Shown piece by piece: positions 19,492-29,486 of a stretch of DNA of 57,454 nt. Position 1 is the first letter of the stretch. The number at the start of each line of letters is the position of its first letter. The DNA is from Candidatus Peribacteria bacterium. Its GTDB lineage: Bacteria; Patescibacteriota; Gracilibacteria; Peribacterales; Peribacteraceae. Under the pieces are notes generated by a model, which was given only the letters and a program-made list of their open reading frames with translations, was not told where the DNA came from and did no database searches. Made by a program: the position numbers and the translations under genes. The stretch is from positions 1 through 57,454 of the forward strand of contig JBEPVF010000010.1 of the NCBI GenBank assembly GCA_041691135.1. Direction: 5' to 3'.

Positions 19492-20598
19492 TCAGCTTTT
19501 GGCGGAAACCTTTTCCAGCATTTTTTCGTACCGATCGATCATCCTGTCGAGAGAAAATCGCTCGTGTGCCGTTAGCCGGCCTTCCGCGCCAATTCGTGTA
19601 CGTTCCTCTGATTTTGATAATCGATGGAGCCCTTCGATAAGTGCTTGAGACGAGTTTGAGCTCACCACGATGGCGTCGCTGCCGTCAGTCACATAATCCG
19701 CAATGCCGCACTGGTCAGTGACAATAACCGGCACACCCATGCTCATGGCTTCGGCGGCTACCAATCCAAACGGATCGTGATCCCGCGAGGGCAAGACAAG
19801 TACATCCAGAGTGCGGTAGAACGTGCGTATATCTTCAGCTCCAGACTTGATAGCAACACGATCGCTCAACTTTTCCGATGCGATGAGTGATTGGAGAACT
19901 GATTCCTCTCTGCCTTGTCCGACAATCGACAGCTGAGCGTTGGGTATTTCCTTCATCGCCTCTATAAGAAGGTCCACCCCTTTATCCTTGGTCAGCCGCG
20001 CCACACAGCCAATTTGTAGTTTTTTACCTTCTGACTCCTGATCTCTGATCACTGACTCTTCAAACTCTTTCCCATCAATTCCGTTTGGAATCGCCACTAT
20101 ATCTTTCTCGTGCCATCCTAATGCCAGGTACAACTTGCGGCTCAATTCCGACACCGTCACTGTCGTCACGAATCGGCTCATGCGGCGCAGGCGTCCGAGC
20201 CAGGGATTTTGCCGGAGCCAACGGCCGACACGATCATGTTCAATCCATACGATCTTTGTGTTGGTGCTTGGAGCGATCAGAAGTTTTTCGCTCAGACTGA
20301 GCATGCAAAGAATAGTCGGATTAGCGTGTAAAGAAATCGCTTTTCTGAGCGTGCGGCGCATCGAAAATTGTCTCCACCAGAAGGAGATCGCATGCCAAAG
20401 CGTCACCGGCGGCGGGCCGATATGCAGTTCTGTGGTTGGAAAATTTCTTTTCCGGCACTCGGCCAATAGAATCGGGCAACTGCCGAGGAAGGTGACATCA
20501 TGATCTCGTGCGCGAAGTCCCTCCATCAAACTCAGCGTGTGGATCTCCGCTCCGCCCATGGCGGACTCGAGTGGAAAACGAGTGAAGAGGATGCGCAT
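19492..20598 (-). CDS. Glycosyltransferase family 4
   Basis: GGAE, IPNGID, RLTKDKG, 'DPFGLVAAEAMSMGVPVI'. Its start lies 1 nt after the serS stop. Confidence 0.92.
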   Translation of the reverse strand: MRILFTRFPLESAMGGAEIHTLSLMEGLRARDHDVTFLGSCPILLAECRKRNFPTTELHIGPPPVTLWHAISFWWRQFSMRRTLRKAISLHANPTILCMLSLSEKLLIAPSTNTKIVWIEHDRVGRWLRQNPWLGRLRRMSRFVTTVTVSELSRKLYLALGWHEKDIVAIPNGIDGKEFEESVIRDQESEGKKLQIGCVARLTKDKGVDLLIEAMKEIPNAQLSIVGQGREESVLQSLIASEKLSDRVAIKSGAEDIRTFYRTLDVLVLPSRDHDPFGLVAAEAMSMGVPVIVTDQCGIADYVTDGSDAIVVSSNSSQALIEGLHRLSKSEERTRIGAEGRLTAHERFSLDRMIDRYEKMLEKVSAKS

Positions 20599-20599
20599 G

Positions 20600-21901
20600 T
20601 CATTTCTTGAGAATTTTCTTCTTGCCGCCCATGTACGGCTGCAACACATCCGGCACCGTCACACTGCCATCCTTGTTCTGATACATCTCGAGGATTGGAA
20701 TCAGAATGCGCGGGCTGGCGATGCAGGTGTTGTTCAACGTGTGCACAAATTCTTTCTTGCCGTCTTTCGTCACGTATTTGATGTTCAGACGGCGAGCCTG
20801 GAAATCGTAGAAGGTGGAGCAGCTGTGCGTTTCGCCGTAGCCGTTGCGGGACGGCATCCAGGTTTCAATATCATTTTTGTACACCTGTCCCTGTCCCATA
20901 TCGCCGGTGCACACATCCACCACGCGGTACGGCAGTTTGAGCGCCTGCAATACCTCTTCGGCATTGTTGAGCAGTTCGGCATGCAGCTTGGCGCTCACTT
21001 CCGGATCGTTCTCGCACAGCACTACCTGCTCTACTTTCTGGAATTGATGGATGCGGTACAGGCCGCGTGTATCTTTGCCGTAGGTACCGGCTTCGCGACG
21101 GAAACAGTTGCTGATGCCACAGTAACGCTTGGGTAGCTCACTCATTTCAAATGTTTCGCCGCTGTGGTAGCTGGCGACCGCCACTTCGGACGTGCCGATC
21201 AGATACAAATTATCCGGCTCCACTTCTCCTTCTTTCTCCTTCCGCACGCCTACGGCGTAAGCCATTTCTTCGCCGCCGGGGAAATAACTGGTGCCCATCA
21301 TCGCTTCCCAGTTGGCGAGCACCGGCGGAATAAAGGGCGTGTAGCCTTTCTTTTCCAAGTGATCCAACGTGAACATCAGCACGGCCAATTCCAATCGCGC
21401 GCCATCACCTTTCAAAAAATAACTGCGTGAGCCGGCGATCTTCACGCCGCGCGGAATGTCGATGATGTCCAATTCTTCGCCGAGCGCCACGTGGTCCTTG
21501 AGTTCAAATGCGAATTCCGGAATAGTGCCCCACTTTTTAATTTCCACGTTCTCGGTGTCATCTTTTCCTACCGGCACTCGATCGAGCGGAATGCCCGGCA
21601 ATCGCAACTGCATTATCTCCCATGCTTTTTCCACGCCGCTGAGTTCTTCCTCTTTCTGCTTCAGTTCGTCACCCACTTCTTTCATCTCTTTGATGGCTTT
21701 CTCTTTCTCGTCGCCCTTCATGGTCGGCACTTTTTTGCTGACCGCATTTTTAGTCGCCCGCATGTCTTCCACTTTCTTGAGTAATTCACGGCGCTTCTCG
21801 TCGAGCGTCAAAAATTCCTTCACATCGATCTTGATGTTCTTCTTTTTAGCAGCATCCTGATAGGCATCGGGCCGTTGACGGAGGTCGGTCAAATCGATCA
21901 T
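20600..21901 (-). CDS. serS: Seryl-tRNA synthetase
   Basis: N-terminal coiled-coil arm, LIGTSE, FRREAG...GLYRIHQFQKVE, ETHSCS, HTLNNT. Confidence 0.98.
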   Translation of the reverse strand: MIDLTDLRQRPDAYQDAAKKKNIKIDVKEFLTLDEKRRELLKKVEDMRATKNAVSKKVPTMKGDEKEKAIKEMKEVGDELKQKEEELSGVEKAWEIMQLRLPGIPLDRVPVGKDDTENVEIKKWGTIPEFAFELKDHVALGEELDIIDIPRGVKIAGSRSYFLKGDGARLELAVLMFTLDHLEKKGYTPFIPPVLANWEAMMGTSYFPGGEEMAYAVGVRKEKEGEVEPDNLYLIGTSEVAVASYHSGETFEMSELPKRYCGISNCFRREAGTYGKDTRGLYRIHQFQKVEQVVLCENDPEVSAKLHAELLNNAEEVLQALKLPYRVVDVCTGDMGQGQVYKNDIETWMPSRNGYGETHSCSTFYDFQARRLNIKYVTKDGKKEFVHTLNNTCIASPRILIPILEMYQNKDGSVTVPDVLQPYMGGKKKILKK

Positions 21902-21926
21902 GGGCTGCTAGCTTACCGTAAGTATC

Positions 21927-22325
21927 CTAATACTGTGAATCGTCTTCTGATTTAGAGAAGAGGAGCGATGATTCAAATTCACTGTCCAAGGCTATTTGTC
22001 GGGCTTCTTGCATTGTTTTTACTACAATTTGCATGACTGATTCCATGTGCTCCTCAGTGTGACACGATGCTTCAAATCTGAAATAACCCGTTGCTTCACG
22101 CTCAAAGGACCAATTTCGCAGGTGTCCTTGCAGTGCTAAGACTGTCTTCTCACAAAAGTATCCGACGAAATAGTTAACACGTTGTCGTCGAATATCTGCT
22201 ACATCTTCCCATTCCTTAGAGGTGATACCACGCCAGGCGACTGTCTCTTCGACAAATTCATCCTCGTGTATTCGCACAACTGCTGTATTGCTCTTTTTCA
22301 TGGCGCGAGGGTAGGGATGGTTCAT
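21927..22325 (-). CDS. Hypothetical protein (start may be 22301)
   Basis: 132-aa ORF filling the gap upstream of serS; AT-richer than its neighbours; no motif recognised. Confidence 0.55.
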   Translation of the reverse strand: MNHPYPRAMKKSNTAVVRIHEDEFVEETVAWRGITSKEWEDVADIRRQRVNYFVGYFCEKTVLALQGHLRNWSFEREATGYFRFEASCHTEEHMESVMQIVVKTMQEARQIALDSEFESSLLFSKSEDDSQY

Positions 22326-22340
22326 TAAGTGTCAAATAAT

Positions 22341-22640
22341 TTATGTCGTCGCAATGGCGTCAGCCCGTTTCGTACACAGAAGAGCGAATGCTCGTTGTCG
22401 TAGCTCGCCGTAAGGTATAAGTAAGAGTGGTTCTCCTTCAAGATGATCAATCTGAAGTTCATAAAGATATAATAAAGTGACTTCCTCCAGGGCCTGCATT
22501 GCCTCGAGGCGCGTGATCGTTCCGGCGAATTCAGCCATGAGCTGCGTGATCGTGCGGCGCATTTGCTGTTGCATCTCTTCGGAGACAGCGGGTATTTCGA
22601 TGTGGTCCAGGGCCTCCAATGGTGACTCGGTATGTTGCAT
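22341..22640 (-). CDS. Hypothetical helical protein
   Basis: 99-aa ORF (MQHTESPLE...) divergent from uvrB; no motif recognised. Confidence 0.55.
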   Translation of the reverse strand: MQHTESPLEALDHIEIPAVSEEMQQQMRRTITQLMAEFAGTITRLEAMQALEEVTLLYLYELQIDHLEGEPLLLIPYGELRQRAFALLCTKRADAIATT

Positions 22641-22731
22641 AAAAAAGGGCCAAAATATTGCCTTCGATCTTGCACTAGTCAACCTTTCTGGCACAATAAA
22701 GAGCTTTTTCCGTATCTTCAGTCACTTTTTC

Positions 22732-24720
22732 ATGCTCCAAAAGAAGCCATTCAGCCTCGTCTCGCCGTTCCAACCGCTGGGCGACCAGCCGGCTGCCATC
22801 GAAAAACTGGTCAAAGGCCTGAATGCCGGCGAAAAACATCAGACACTGCTGGGCGCTACGGGTACCGGCAAAACATTCACGATGGCGAACATTGTGCAGC
22901 AGGTGCAACGACCCACGCTCGTGTTGGCGCACAACAAAACATTGGCGGCTCAGTTGTGTTCCGAGTTTCAAGGGTTCTTCCCGGAGAATGCAGTCAGTTA
23001 CTTCGTCTCGTACTATGACTACTACCAGCCGGAGGCGTATGTGCCGACGTCGGATACGTACATCGAGAAAGATGCATCTATTAATGAGGAGATCGAGAAG
23101 TACCGCCACGCGGCGACGTACAACCTGCTGACGCGACGCGATGTGCTCATCGTCGCATCAGTATCGTGTATCTACGGTCTGGGTAACGTCGAAGACTACG
23201 AAGCATTGGCCATCAAAATCGAGCGCGGCCAACCGATCAAGCGTGACCAATTGCTGCGCAAACTCACCGATATCCAGTACCGCCGTTCGGGGATGGATTT
23301 CAAACAGGGAATGTATCACGTGCTCGGCGACACGGTCGAAATTTTTCCGCCGTCAGCCGATACGGTCATTCGTTTGGAAGTGCCGTTCGACGAGATCGAA
23401 GTGATTCAGGAAGTCGACAGCTTTACCGGCGAAGTGCTCAACGAATTGCAGGAAGTGATGATCTTCCCGGCATCGCACAACGTGACGACGCAGGAAAAGA
23501 TCGATCAGGCGGTGTCGCAGATCATAGTGGACTTGAACGAGCGCGAAAAATTCTTCATCGACAACCATGAACTCGTCAAAGCCGAACGTATCCGTCAGCG
23601 GACCGAGTACGATATCGAGATGCTCAAAGAAACGGGCTACTGCACGGGCATCGAAAACTACACGCGTTACCTCACCGGACTGCCGCCCGGATCGCCGCCG
23701 TCGACATTGCTCGATTACTTCCCTGATGATTTTCTACTGATCATCGACGAGTCACACATCTCGATTCCGCAGACCGGCGCTATGCACGACGGCAACCACA
23801 GCCGCAAACAGACGCTGATCGATTACGGTTTCCGCCTGCCGAGCAGCCACGACAACCGTCCGCTCAAATTCGCCGAGTTCGAAGAGCGCACGCCGCAACG
23901 CATCTATGTGTCGGCCACGCCGGGAAAGTATGAATTCGCCCACACGCCCAAAGAAAATATCGTTGAACAGATCATTCGTCCGACAGGACTGCTCGATCCG
24001 CCGGTCACCATTAAGCCGACCAAGCACCAGATCGACGACATCATCGAAGAGGTTACGAAGACCCTCGCCAAAAAAGAACGCGTGCTCATCACGACGCTCA
24101 CGAAAAAGATGGCGGAAGACCTGACACAGTATCTGCTCGATGGCGGATATAAAGTGCGCTACCTGCACAGCGATGTCGAAACACTCGAACGCATCGAAAT
24201 CCTGCGTCAGCTGCGTATCGGTGAAATCGATATCGTGGTGGGAATCAACCTGCTGCGCGAAGGGCTCGATCTGCCAGAGGTGAGTTACATCGCCATTCTG
24301 GATGCGGACAAGCAGGGCTTTCTCCGCTCACGCGATGCGCTGATCCAAACCATCGGTCGTGCCGCACGTAACCTCAACGGCCACGTGACGCTGTACGCCG
24401 ACAAGATGACCGATGCAATGAAGGCGGCTATTGATGAAACGAATCGTCGTCGGACGATTCAGGATGCTTACAACAAGAAACACGGCATCACGCCGACTGG
24501 CATTCAGAAAGCAGTCCATGATATTCAGGAAGAGAGCCGCAAATTGGAATTGCGACGGCCCAAGCGCGATCATGTAAAAATTCCCAAAGATGAAAAGAAG
24601 CGTCTGATGGAAGAGTTGGAACAGCAGATGGAATTGGCAGCTCAGAACCTCGAGTTCGAAAAAGCGGCTGATCTGCGGGACGAGATAGAATTGCTCAGAC
24701 GGGAGCTCACGACGAAATGA
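22732..24720 (+). CDS. uvrB: Excinuclease ABC subunit B
   Basis: [49 protein letters not shown]-terminal UVR '[13 protein letters not shown]'. Confidence 0.99.
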   Translation: MLQKKPFSLVSPFQPLGDQPAAIEKLVKGLNAGEKHQTLLGATGTGKTFTMANIVQQVQRPTLVLAHNKTLAAQLCSEFQGFFPENAVSYFVSYYDYYQPEAYVPTSDTYIEKDASINEEIEKYRHAATYNLLTRRDVLIVASVSCIYGLGNVEDYEALAIKIERGQPIKRDQLLRKLTDIQYRRSGMDFKQGMYHVLGDTVEIFPPSADTVIRLEVPFDEIEVIQEVDSFTGEVLNELQEVMIFPASHNVTTQEKIDQAVSQIIVDLNEREKFFIDNHELVKAERIRQRTEYDIEMLKETGYCTGIENYTRYLTGLPPGSPPSTLLDYFPDDFLLIIDESHISIPQTGAMHDGNHSRKQTLIDYGFRLPSSHDNRPLKFAEFEERTPQRIYVSATPGKYEFAHTPKENIVEQIIRPTGLLDPPVTIKPTKHQIDDIIEEVTKTLAKKERVLITTLTKKMAEDLTQYLLDGGYKVRYLHSDVETLERIEILRQLRIGEIDIVVGINLLREGLDLPEVSYIAILDADKQGFLRSRDALIQTIGRAARNLNGHVTLYADKMTDAMKAAIDETNRRRTIQDAYNKKHGITPTGIQKAVHDIQEESRKLELRRPKRDHVKIPKDEKKRLMEELEQQMELAAQNLEFEKAADLRDEIELLRRELTTK

Positions 24721-24820
24721 TCGATGGAGGAAACCGAACAATTTTTCGTTGAGTAAGAGCAGGCCGAGCAGGAACTCGAGGCATAAAAGCTTCAATCGTC
24801 GGTTGCCTCGGTTCCGTCGG

Positions 24821-25549
24821 TTACTTTCCTTGCTTCAACGCTATGGACATTTGCTCCGCTTTCTTCAGCTCATCGGGCTTCAGAAGCGCTTTGATGGTTT
24901 CGAGCGGTTTGTCGGCATTCGTGTCGCCGCCGGCTTTTGCCAACAGGAACCAAGCGTAGGCGGTGGTCGGCTCGCGTGGTACGCCATTGCCCTCGTAGGC
25001 CATCACTCCCAAATTGAAGTACGCTTGCTTGTCGCCTGTTGCCGCCGCTTTGCGGAAGAAGTCGTAGGCTTTTGCGTAGTCTTGCGTCACGCCCTCGCCG
25101 CGGTAGTACATCGCACCAAGATCGAACTGCGCACGGCCATCGCCTTGGGCCGCGGCTTTCGTGAACCACTCGAAGGCAGCCTTCAGATTTTGCGGGCTGG
25201 CCTCACCGGTGTAGTTCATCAATCCCAGGTTGAACTGTGCCAACGGTTGTCCCTGATTGGCGGCTTTCGTGAACCACTCGACGGATTTCTTGAGGTCTTT
25301 GTCCACGCCTTCACCATCGTGGTACATCGCTCCCAAATCGAATTGCGCGTTCATGTCACCGGCATTCGCTTTCTTCTGGACGTCGGCCAGACTTTCTACC
25401 GACCGTGCCGACCCGATATTGTCGACAGTAGTCGACGATGTTGCGACGGATGACGACGAAGACGAAAGAGATTGCGTCAGTGACGTCTGTGAGGAGCAGG
25501 CGATCAGAGCGAAGACGAGTAGAGCTGGTAGCAAAAATGATGTAGGCAT
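24821..25549 (-). CDS. Sel1-repeat lipoprotein
   Basis: Lipobox LIAC; four repeats of 'AQF(D/N)LGxMYxxGEGVxxDxxKAxxWFxKAAxQG'. Confidence 0.92.
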   Translation of the reverse strand: MPTSFLLPALLVFALIACSSQTSLTQSLSSSSSSVATSSTTVDNIGSARSVESLADVQKKANAGDMNAQFDLGAMYHDGEGVDKDLKKSVEWFTKAANQGQPLAQFNLGLMNYTGEASPQNLKAAFEWFTKAAAQGDGRAQFDLGAMYYRGEGVTQDYAKAYDFFRKAAATGDKQAYFNLGVMAYEGNGVPREPTTAYAWFLLAKAGGDTNADKPLETIKALLKPDELKKAEQMSIALKQGK

Positions 25550-25696
25550 GCACAAATGGTAGTGGGTTCCAGGTCCAAGGGAAAGCGTGAAGCAGGAAAA
25601 TGCAGAACAATTCCCTCTCGCGCAAACTGTTGATTGCCGTCCAGCCAGATGCGGCGGGGCTGTGCTATACTCCGGCCAATTTCCCCTCCTTCCTTT

Positions 25697-26122
25697 ATGA
25701 TGGCAGGTACACGCTACAGAGATTGGGGCCTACTCGTGCTGCGGGTGGTCGTCGGTATCATTTTTATTGTTCACGGCTACCAAAAATGGGGCTTCTGGCA
25801 GGGTGCGCCTGTCGGCATGCCGCCGCAAATCGTGCTTCTCTTTAAATTCTTGTCTGTCGTTGAACCCATCGGCGGTCTTGCGCTTATCTTTGGATTCCTG
25901 ACGAGTTGGGCGGCGCTAGGTCTTGCGCTCATCATGTGCGGAGCCATTTATTTCAAAATCACCAAGATGTCGCTCGGCTTTTCTGAAACACAGGCGACAG
26001 GATGGGAGTTCGATCTCACGCTCCTGGCTGCCAACGTCGCTATTGCCACTATGGGATCGGGTTGCTATGGCATCGATTGTCCGTTGTGCCGTGCCAAGAT
26101 GAAAGGGTCAAATGCTCAGTGA
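25697..26122 (+). CDS. DoxX family membrane protein
   Basis: 'LRVVVGIIFIVHGYQK', 'EPIGGLALIFG', 'GWEFDL', 'GSG.YGID'. Confidence 0.88.
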   Translation: MMAGTRYRDWGLLVLRVVVGIIFIVHGYQKWGFWQGAPVGMPPQIVLLFKFLSVVEPIGGLALIFGFLTSWAALGLALIMCGAIYFKITKMSLGFSETQATGWEFDLTLLAANVAIATMGSGCYGIDCPLCRAKMKGSNAQ

Positions 26123-26133
26123 TTTTTAAACAA

Positions 26134-26167
26134 CGCAAAAGGGCCTTCCATTGGTTGGCCCTTTGTG
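26134..26167. terminator. Probable bidirectional terminator between doxX and the convergent sORF
   Basis: Inverted repeat cgcaaaagggcc...ggccctttgtg. Confidence 0.6.
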
Positions 26168-26207
26168 TGTGAGTGTTGATATGGATTGGAGAGCCCGGGC
26201 TACCCAA

Positions 26208-26342
26208 TTAACCGATCAACATCGCATGTAGCGTTTCGGCATTTGCAGAGAACTGCGTAGCCATGACCAATGCCAAGAAGGCAAAGGTGTAGGCCAGAGC
26301 CTGCAGCCGAGCGCTGGGATTTTCATAAGGACTGGTGCCCAT
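26208..26342 (-). CDS. 44-aa small membrane protein, below the ORF-track cut-off
   Basis: MGTSPYENPSARLQALAYTFAFLALVMATQFSANAETLHAMLIG*. One hydrophobic helix, an upstream extended -10 (TGGTATTAT) and a downstream terminator. Confidence 0.6.
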   Translation of the reverse strand: MGTSPYENPSARLQALAYTFAFLALVMATQFSANAETLHAMLIG

Positions 26343-26530
26343 ATGAGTGTGTGTGAGGAAATAAACTGTACATATAATACCATAAATTATCTAATTTAGC
26401 AAATACTTACAAAGGCGCCTATCGCTAAGGATTCAAGGGAATCAAGAGATTCAGGCGATTCAAGGGATTTTGTGAGTGGGCAAAAATCAGTGATCAGTGG
26501 TCAGTAATTATCAGCCTGAGCGAGACGCAG

Positions 26531-26682
26531 GCACGTCCAAACGGCCGTCGGTGCAGTTATGCTTGTCCCTGGAGTATCCAGGTGGGTGACCGCAACCACG
26601 GACCACGGCCCGCAGTGATTAAGTCTCCCGTAACAAGTTTCAGAGAAGAAACATATCTGCCCTAACGAGACGCCTAGACAAG
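26531..26682 (-). ncRNA. ssrS: 6S RNA (compact)
   Basis: On the minus strand the 5' gtctaggcg pairs with the 3' cgtttggac. It has an unpaired central bubble, GGGAG...CACCCACCTG (as recalled from Firmicutes 6S), a small hairpin cctgga/tccagg and CTGCAccgACGGC. A TATAGT -10 box at 26688-26693 lies just upstream. Confidence 0.75.
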
Positions 26683-26738
26683 CCATCACTATAACCGATG
26701 ACTTGGGTGAGGGTCTAGAAAATGAGAGAAATTTATTG

Positions 26739-26856
26739 AAGTACCAAATCCTAAGCTTCAATCACCAATGAAAACAAAATCATCAATCACTAAATGTTAT
26801 TTGTACTTAGATAGTTGGACATTCATTGGTAATTGGGATTTGGTACTTGGGATTTT
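26739..26856. repeat. 7-bp-periodic imperfect inverted-repeat element, copy A
   Basis: aagtaccaaatcc...ccaatgaa / ttcattgg...ggatttggtactt arms. Confidence 0.7.
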
Positions 26857-27531
26857 TCAGAGCAGCCTGCAAGCCACTATATTCGTATATCCCTCCTTCA
26901 CTTTCTCCCGATCACCGCCGCGGTAGGTCCAATATTCTTCCGGCATGCAACGCGTGCAATCGGGCAACCGTTCGATGTGATTTTCCGGTACGCCGCAGGT
27001 AATGAGCTGAGCTGTTGCTGCTCCTTGTAAGTCGACATGTTTATCGTGGATGAACTTTGCCGGGAGAACTGGCAACTCGCGCGTGGGATCGGTGAAGTCG
27101 GCGCATTTTTGGCACAGCGATGGACCGATGCCGACGTATGTGTCGTGTCCGTCAATATCGAAATTTCCCTTCAGCGTTTTGAAAAATGCACCGACCGCAT
27201 CGGCGAGCACGCCTTTCCAGCCGGCGTGCAGCACGCCGCAAACGTTTTGCTCGGGTGCATAGACGACCAAGCTCTGACAGTCTGCTGAACGCGTCGACAA
27301 CCATAGATCAGGTGTCGAGGTGACCAGACCATCGGCTTGCTCGCTGCGGCTCGTCGCTTCGCTCACCACGATCGTTCGATTGCCATGCATCTGATGCAAG
27401 CTGGCGATGCGATCACTCCCGAGCATCGCCGCAAGTTCCGCGTCGGCATGAACGTCGTCTTCTTTTGTAATAAGCACAACCGAGAAGCGGTCAGCGAATT
27501 GTTTAAACACGGTGAATGGCGAGTTGATCAT
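26857..27531 (-). CDS. pgeF: YfiH/PgeF laccase-domain protein (peptidoglycan editing factor / purine nucleoside phosphorylase)
   Basis: QMHG, ADG, ADC, HAGWKG, IGP, CT.C...YWTYR motifs. Confidence 0.9.
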   Translation of the reverse strand: MINSPFTVFKQFADRFSVVLITKEDDVHADAELAAMLGSDRIASLHQMHGNRTIVVSEATSRSEQADGLVTSTPDLWLSTRSADCQSLVVYAPEQNVCGVLHAGWKGVLADAVGAFFKTLKGNFDIDGHDTYVGIGPSLCQKCADFTDPTRELPVLPAKFIHDKHVDLQGAATAQLITCGVPENHIERLPDCTRCMPEEYWTYRGGDREKVKEGYTNIVACRLL

Positions 27532-28313
27532 GAGCGAGTCAGCGAAGAGAGGATGGTCGAAACTTGGGCGATCACATCGCGCGTGGTGTAGTGATTGCCG
27601 TGCGTTTCGTAGAGTAGCGTGCCTGCCCGCTTGATTGCTGTCGTGGCAAGTGTACAGGCATCCACTGCATCATAGTTTTGTGCCCGTAGTGCCGCGATGA
27701 GCCCGGCGAGTGCGTCACCTGTTCCGCCCACCGTGAGTCCGGCATTCCCGCCGCTTACTTCGTGTATTTGCCCGTCGGATGATGCGATGTGATCAATCGG
27801 TCCTTTCACATGGATCGTCATGTGCCGCTCGCGCGCCATGCTGCCTATGTCCGGCGGATCAATCTGCATCCGCTCCAATTCGCCCAAGTGAGGCGTGACG
27901 ATGACATCTTTGCCGCGTGCGACATCCAGTGTCCATTGTTGCAATGCGCTCGCATCCAGAACGAGCGGGCACTGTGCCGATGCGATCAGTGACCGTAATG
28001 CAGTCAATGGCTCGGCGGAGCGGCCGATACCGGGGCCGATCACTGCACAGTCGACGGTGGCTAAAAGTTCCAGCATCAGTCCCACATCACGCAGCATCAG
28101 TTCGTCACCGTGAAACGGATGCACCTGAAAATTCAAGCCGGTTGTTCGTGCGATTGTCTGGTGACATGCCGGCACCGAAACGAACACAAGATCAACGCCG
28201 CCTGCCTCCGCTGCCAGTGCCGAGAACAGCGGCGCACCATGTTGGAAACGCGAGCCGCCGATGATCATCACTTTGCCATTGTCGCCTTTGTGGGACAGAG
28301 GATTGCGCTTCAT
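27528..28313 (-). CDS. nnrD: ADP/ATP-dependent NAD(P)HX dehydratase (stand-alone)
   Basis: HKGDNG..IIGGS, GPG, LDA, TPHLGE, KG, GGTGDAL. 4-bp overlap with pgeF. Confidence 0.92.
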   Translation of the reverse strand: MKRNPLSHKGDNGKVMIIGGSRFQHGAPLFSALAAEAGGVDLVFVSVPACHQTIARTTGLNFQVHPFHGDELMLRDVGLMLELLATVDCAVIGPGIGRSAEPLTALRSLIASAQCPLVLDASALQQWTLDVARGKDVIVTPHLGELERMQIDPPDIGSMARERHMTIHVKGPIDHIASSDGQIHEVSGGNAGLTVGGTGDALAGLIAALRAQNYDAVDACTLATTAIKRAGTLLYETHGNHYTTRDVIAQVSTILSSLTRS

Positions 28314-28451
28314 GGCACTATGGTAGCAATGATGAGGACGTGGGGCCTAGGACTTCGACAGAGGAAATTATGCCCAATAGAGGATAATTTTCTGCTAGAA
28401 TGTCCGCTCGGGTGTCACAGCAGCATTTCCCCACCCGTCAGCCTTTCTGTC

Positions 28452-29447
28452 ATGGCACAGCTTATTGCACTCTTCTTTCTCTTCACGTTCCTGTCCGGTT
28501 TTCTGGCAATGGTGGATTCCGCCATCCTGAGCATTTCGCGCGCCGAAGTCGAAGAGATGGTGACGACAAATAAAACCGGCGCCGCTGCCCTCCGTTCGCT
28601 TATCATTCGTCTGCCGCGTGCGGTCATCGTCATTGTGATGATCACTAGTGTGATCAACATTCTCGGTCCCATTTTGATCGGCGAACGTGCCATCGATCTG
28701 TACGGCCACGAATCCATCGGCATCATTACTGCCATCCTCACTTTCGTCTCGATCATTTTCGCCGAGATTATTCCCAAATCGCTCGGCTCGCATTACGCGC
28801 CGCTCATTGGGCGCATCATTGCTCCTATTTTGCTGGTGCTGGTCTACATCCTCTTCCCGCTGGTATATGTCCTGGAAAAACTGGTCGGGCTCTTCAAGCG
28901 CGGTAACCGCAATATCGGTACCGAAGATCAGATTCGCGCACTCGTCAGCATCGGTCGGCGTGCCGGACACATCGACGAAGACGAACGACAGATCATCCAG
29001 AAGGCGTTCATTCTCAACGATCGCCGGGCGCGCGACATTATGACGCCGAAGTCGAAAATCGTGGCGATCAAAGCATCCGATACCGTTCGCGGTGTCGCGC
29101 AAGTGGTGTTCGATCACTCATTTTCGCGCTATCCCGTCTGCGGAAAAAATATCGACGACATCCGCGGTCTTGCGCTTTCGAGAGACATTTTGGGTGCGCT
29201 GGCCACCGGCAAAGACAGCATGCTTGTCTCCGATATTATGGGCGAAATTCTCTTCGTCTCGGCCGCCATGCGCTGCGACGATCTACTTGGCTTCTTCCGG
29301 CGTCGCCAGATTCACATCGCCGTCGTGCAGGACAAAGGAAAGACGCTCGGCATCGTAACGCTCGAAGATACCCTGGAGGAATTGGTCGGTGAAATTAATG
29401 ATGAGCGAGATAAGGAGATGGCGGAGGAGAATTTGGATGGTCAGTAA
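28452..29447 (+). CDS. CNNM (DUF21) + CBS-pair HlyC/CorC family metal transporter
   Basis: Hydrophobic CNNM domain with 'FAEIIPKS'; CBS motifs 'DIMTP', 'FSRYPV', 'GIVTLEDTLEELVGEINDE'. Confidence 0.92.
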   Translation: MAQLIALFFLFTFLSGFLAMVDSAILSISRAEVEEMVTTNKTGAAALRSLIIRLPRAVIVIVMITSVINILGPILIGERAIDLYGHESIGIITAILTFVSIIFAEIIPKSLGSHYAPLIGRIIAPILLVLVYILFPLVYVLEKLVGLFKRGNRNIGTEDQIRALVSIGRRAGHIDEDERQIIQKAFILNDRRARDIMTPKSKIVAIKASDTVRGVAQVVFDHSFSRYPVCGKNIDDIRGLALSRDILGALATGKDSMLVSDIMGEILFVSAAMRCDDLLGFFRRRQIHIAVVQDKGKTLGIVTLEDTLEELVGEINDERDKEMAEENLDGQ

Positions 29448-29486
29448 TCTTGTAAGGTTGATTGCATCATGATTTAATCAGCCGCT

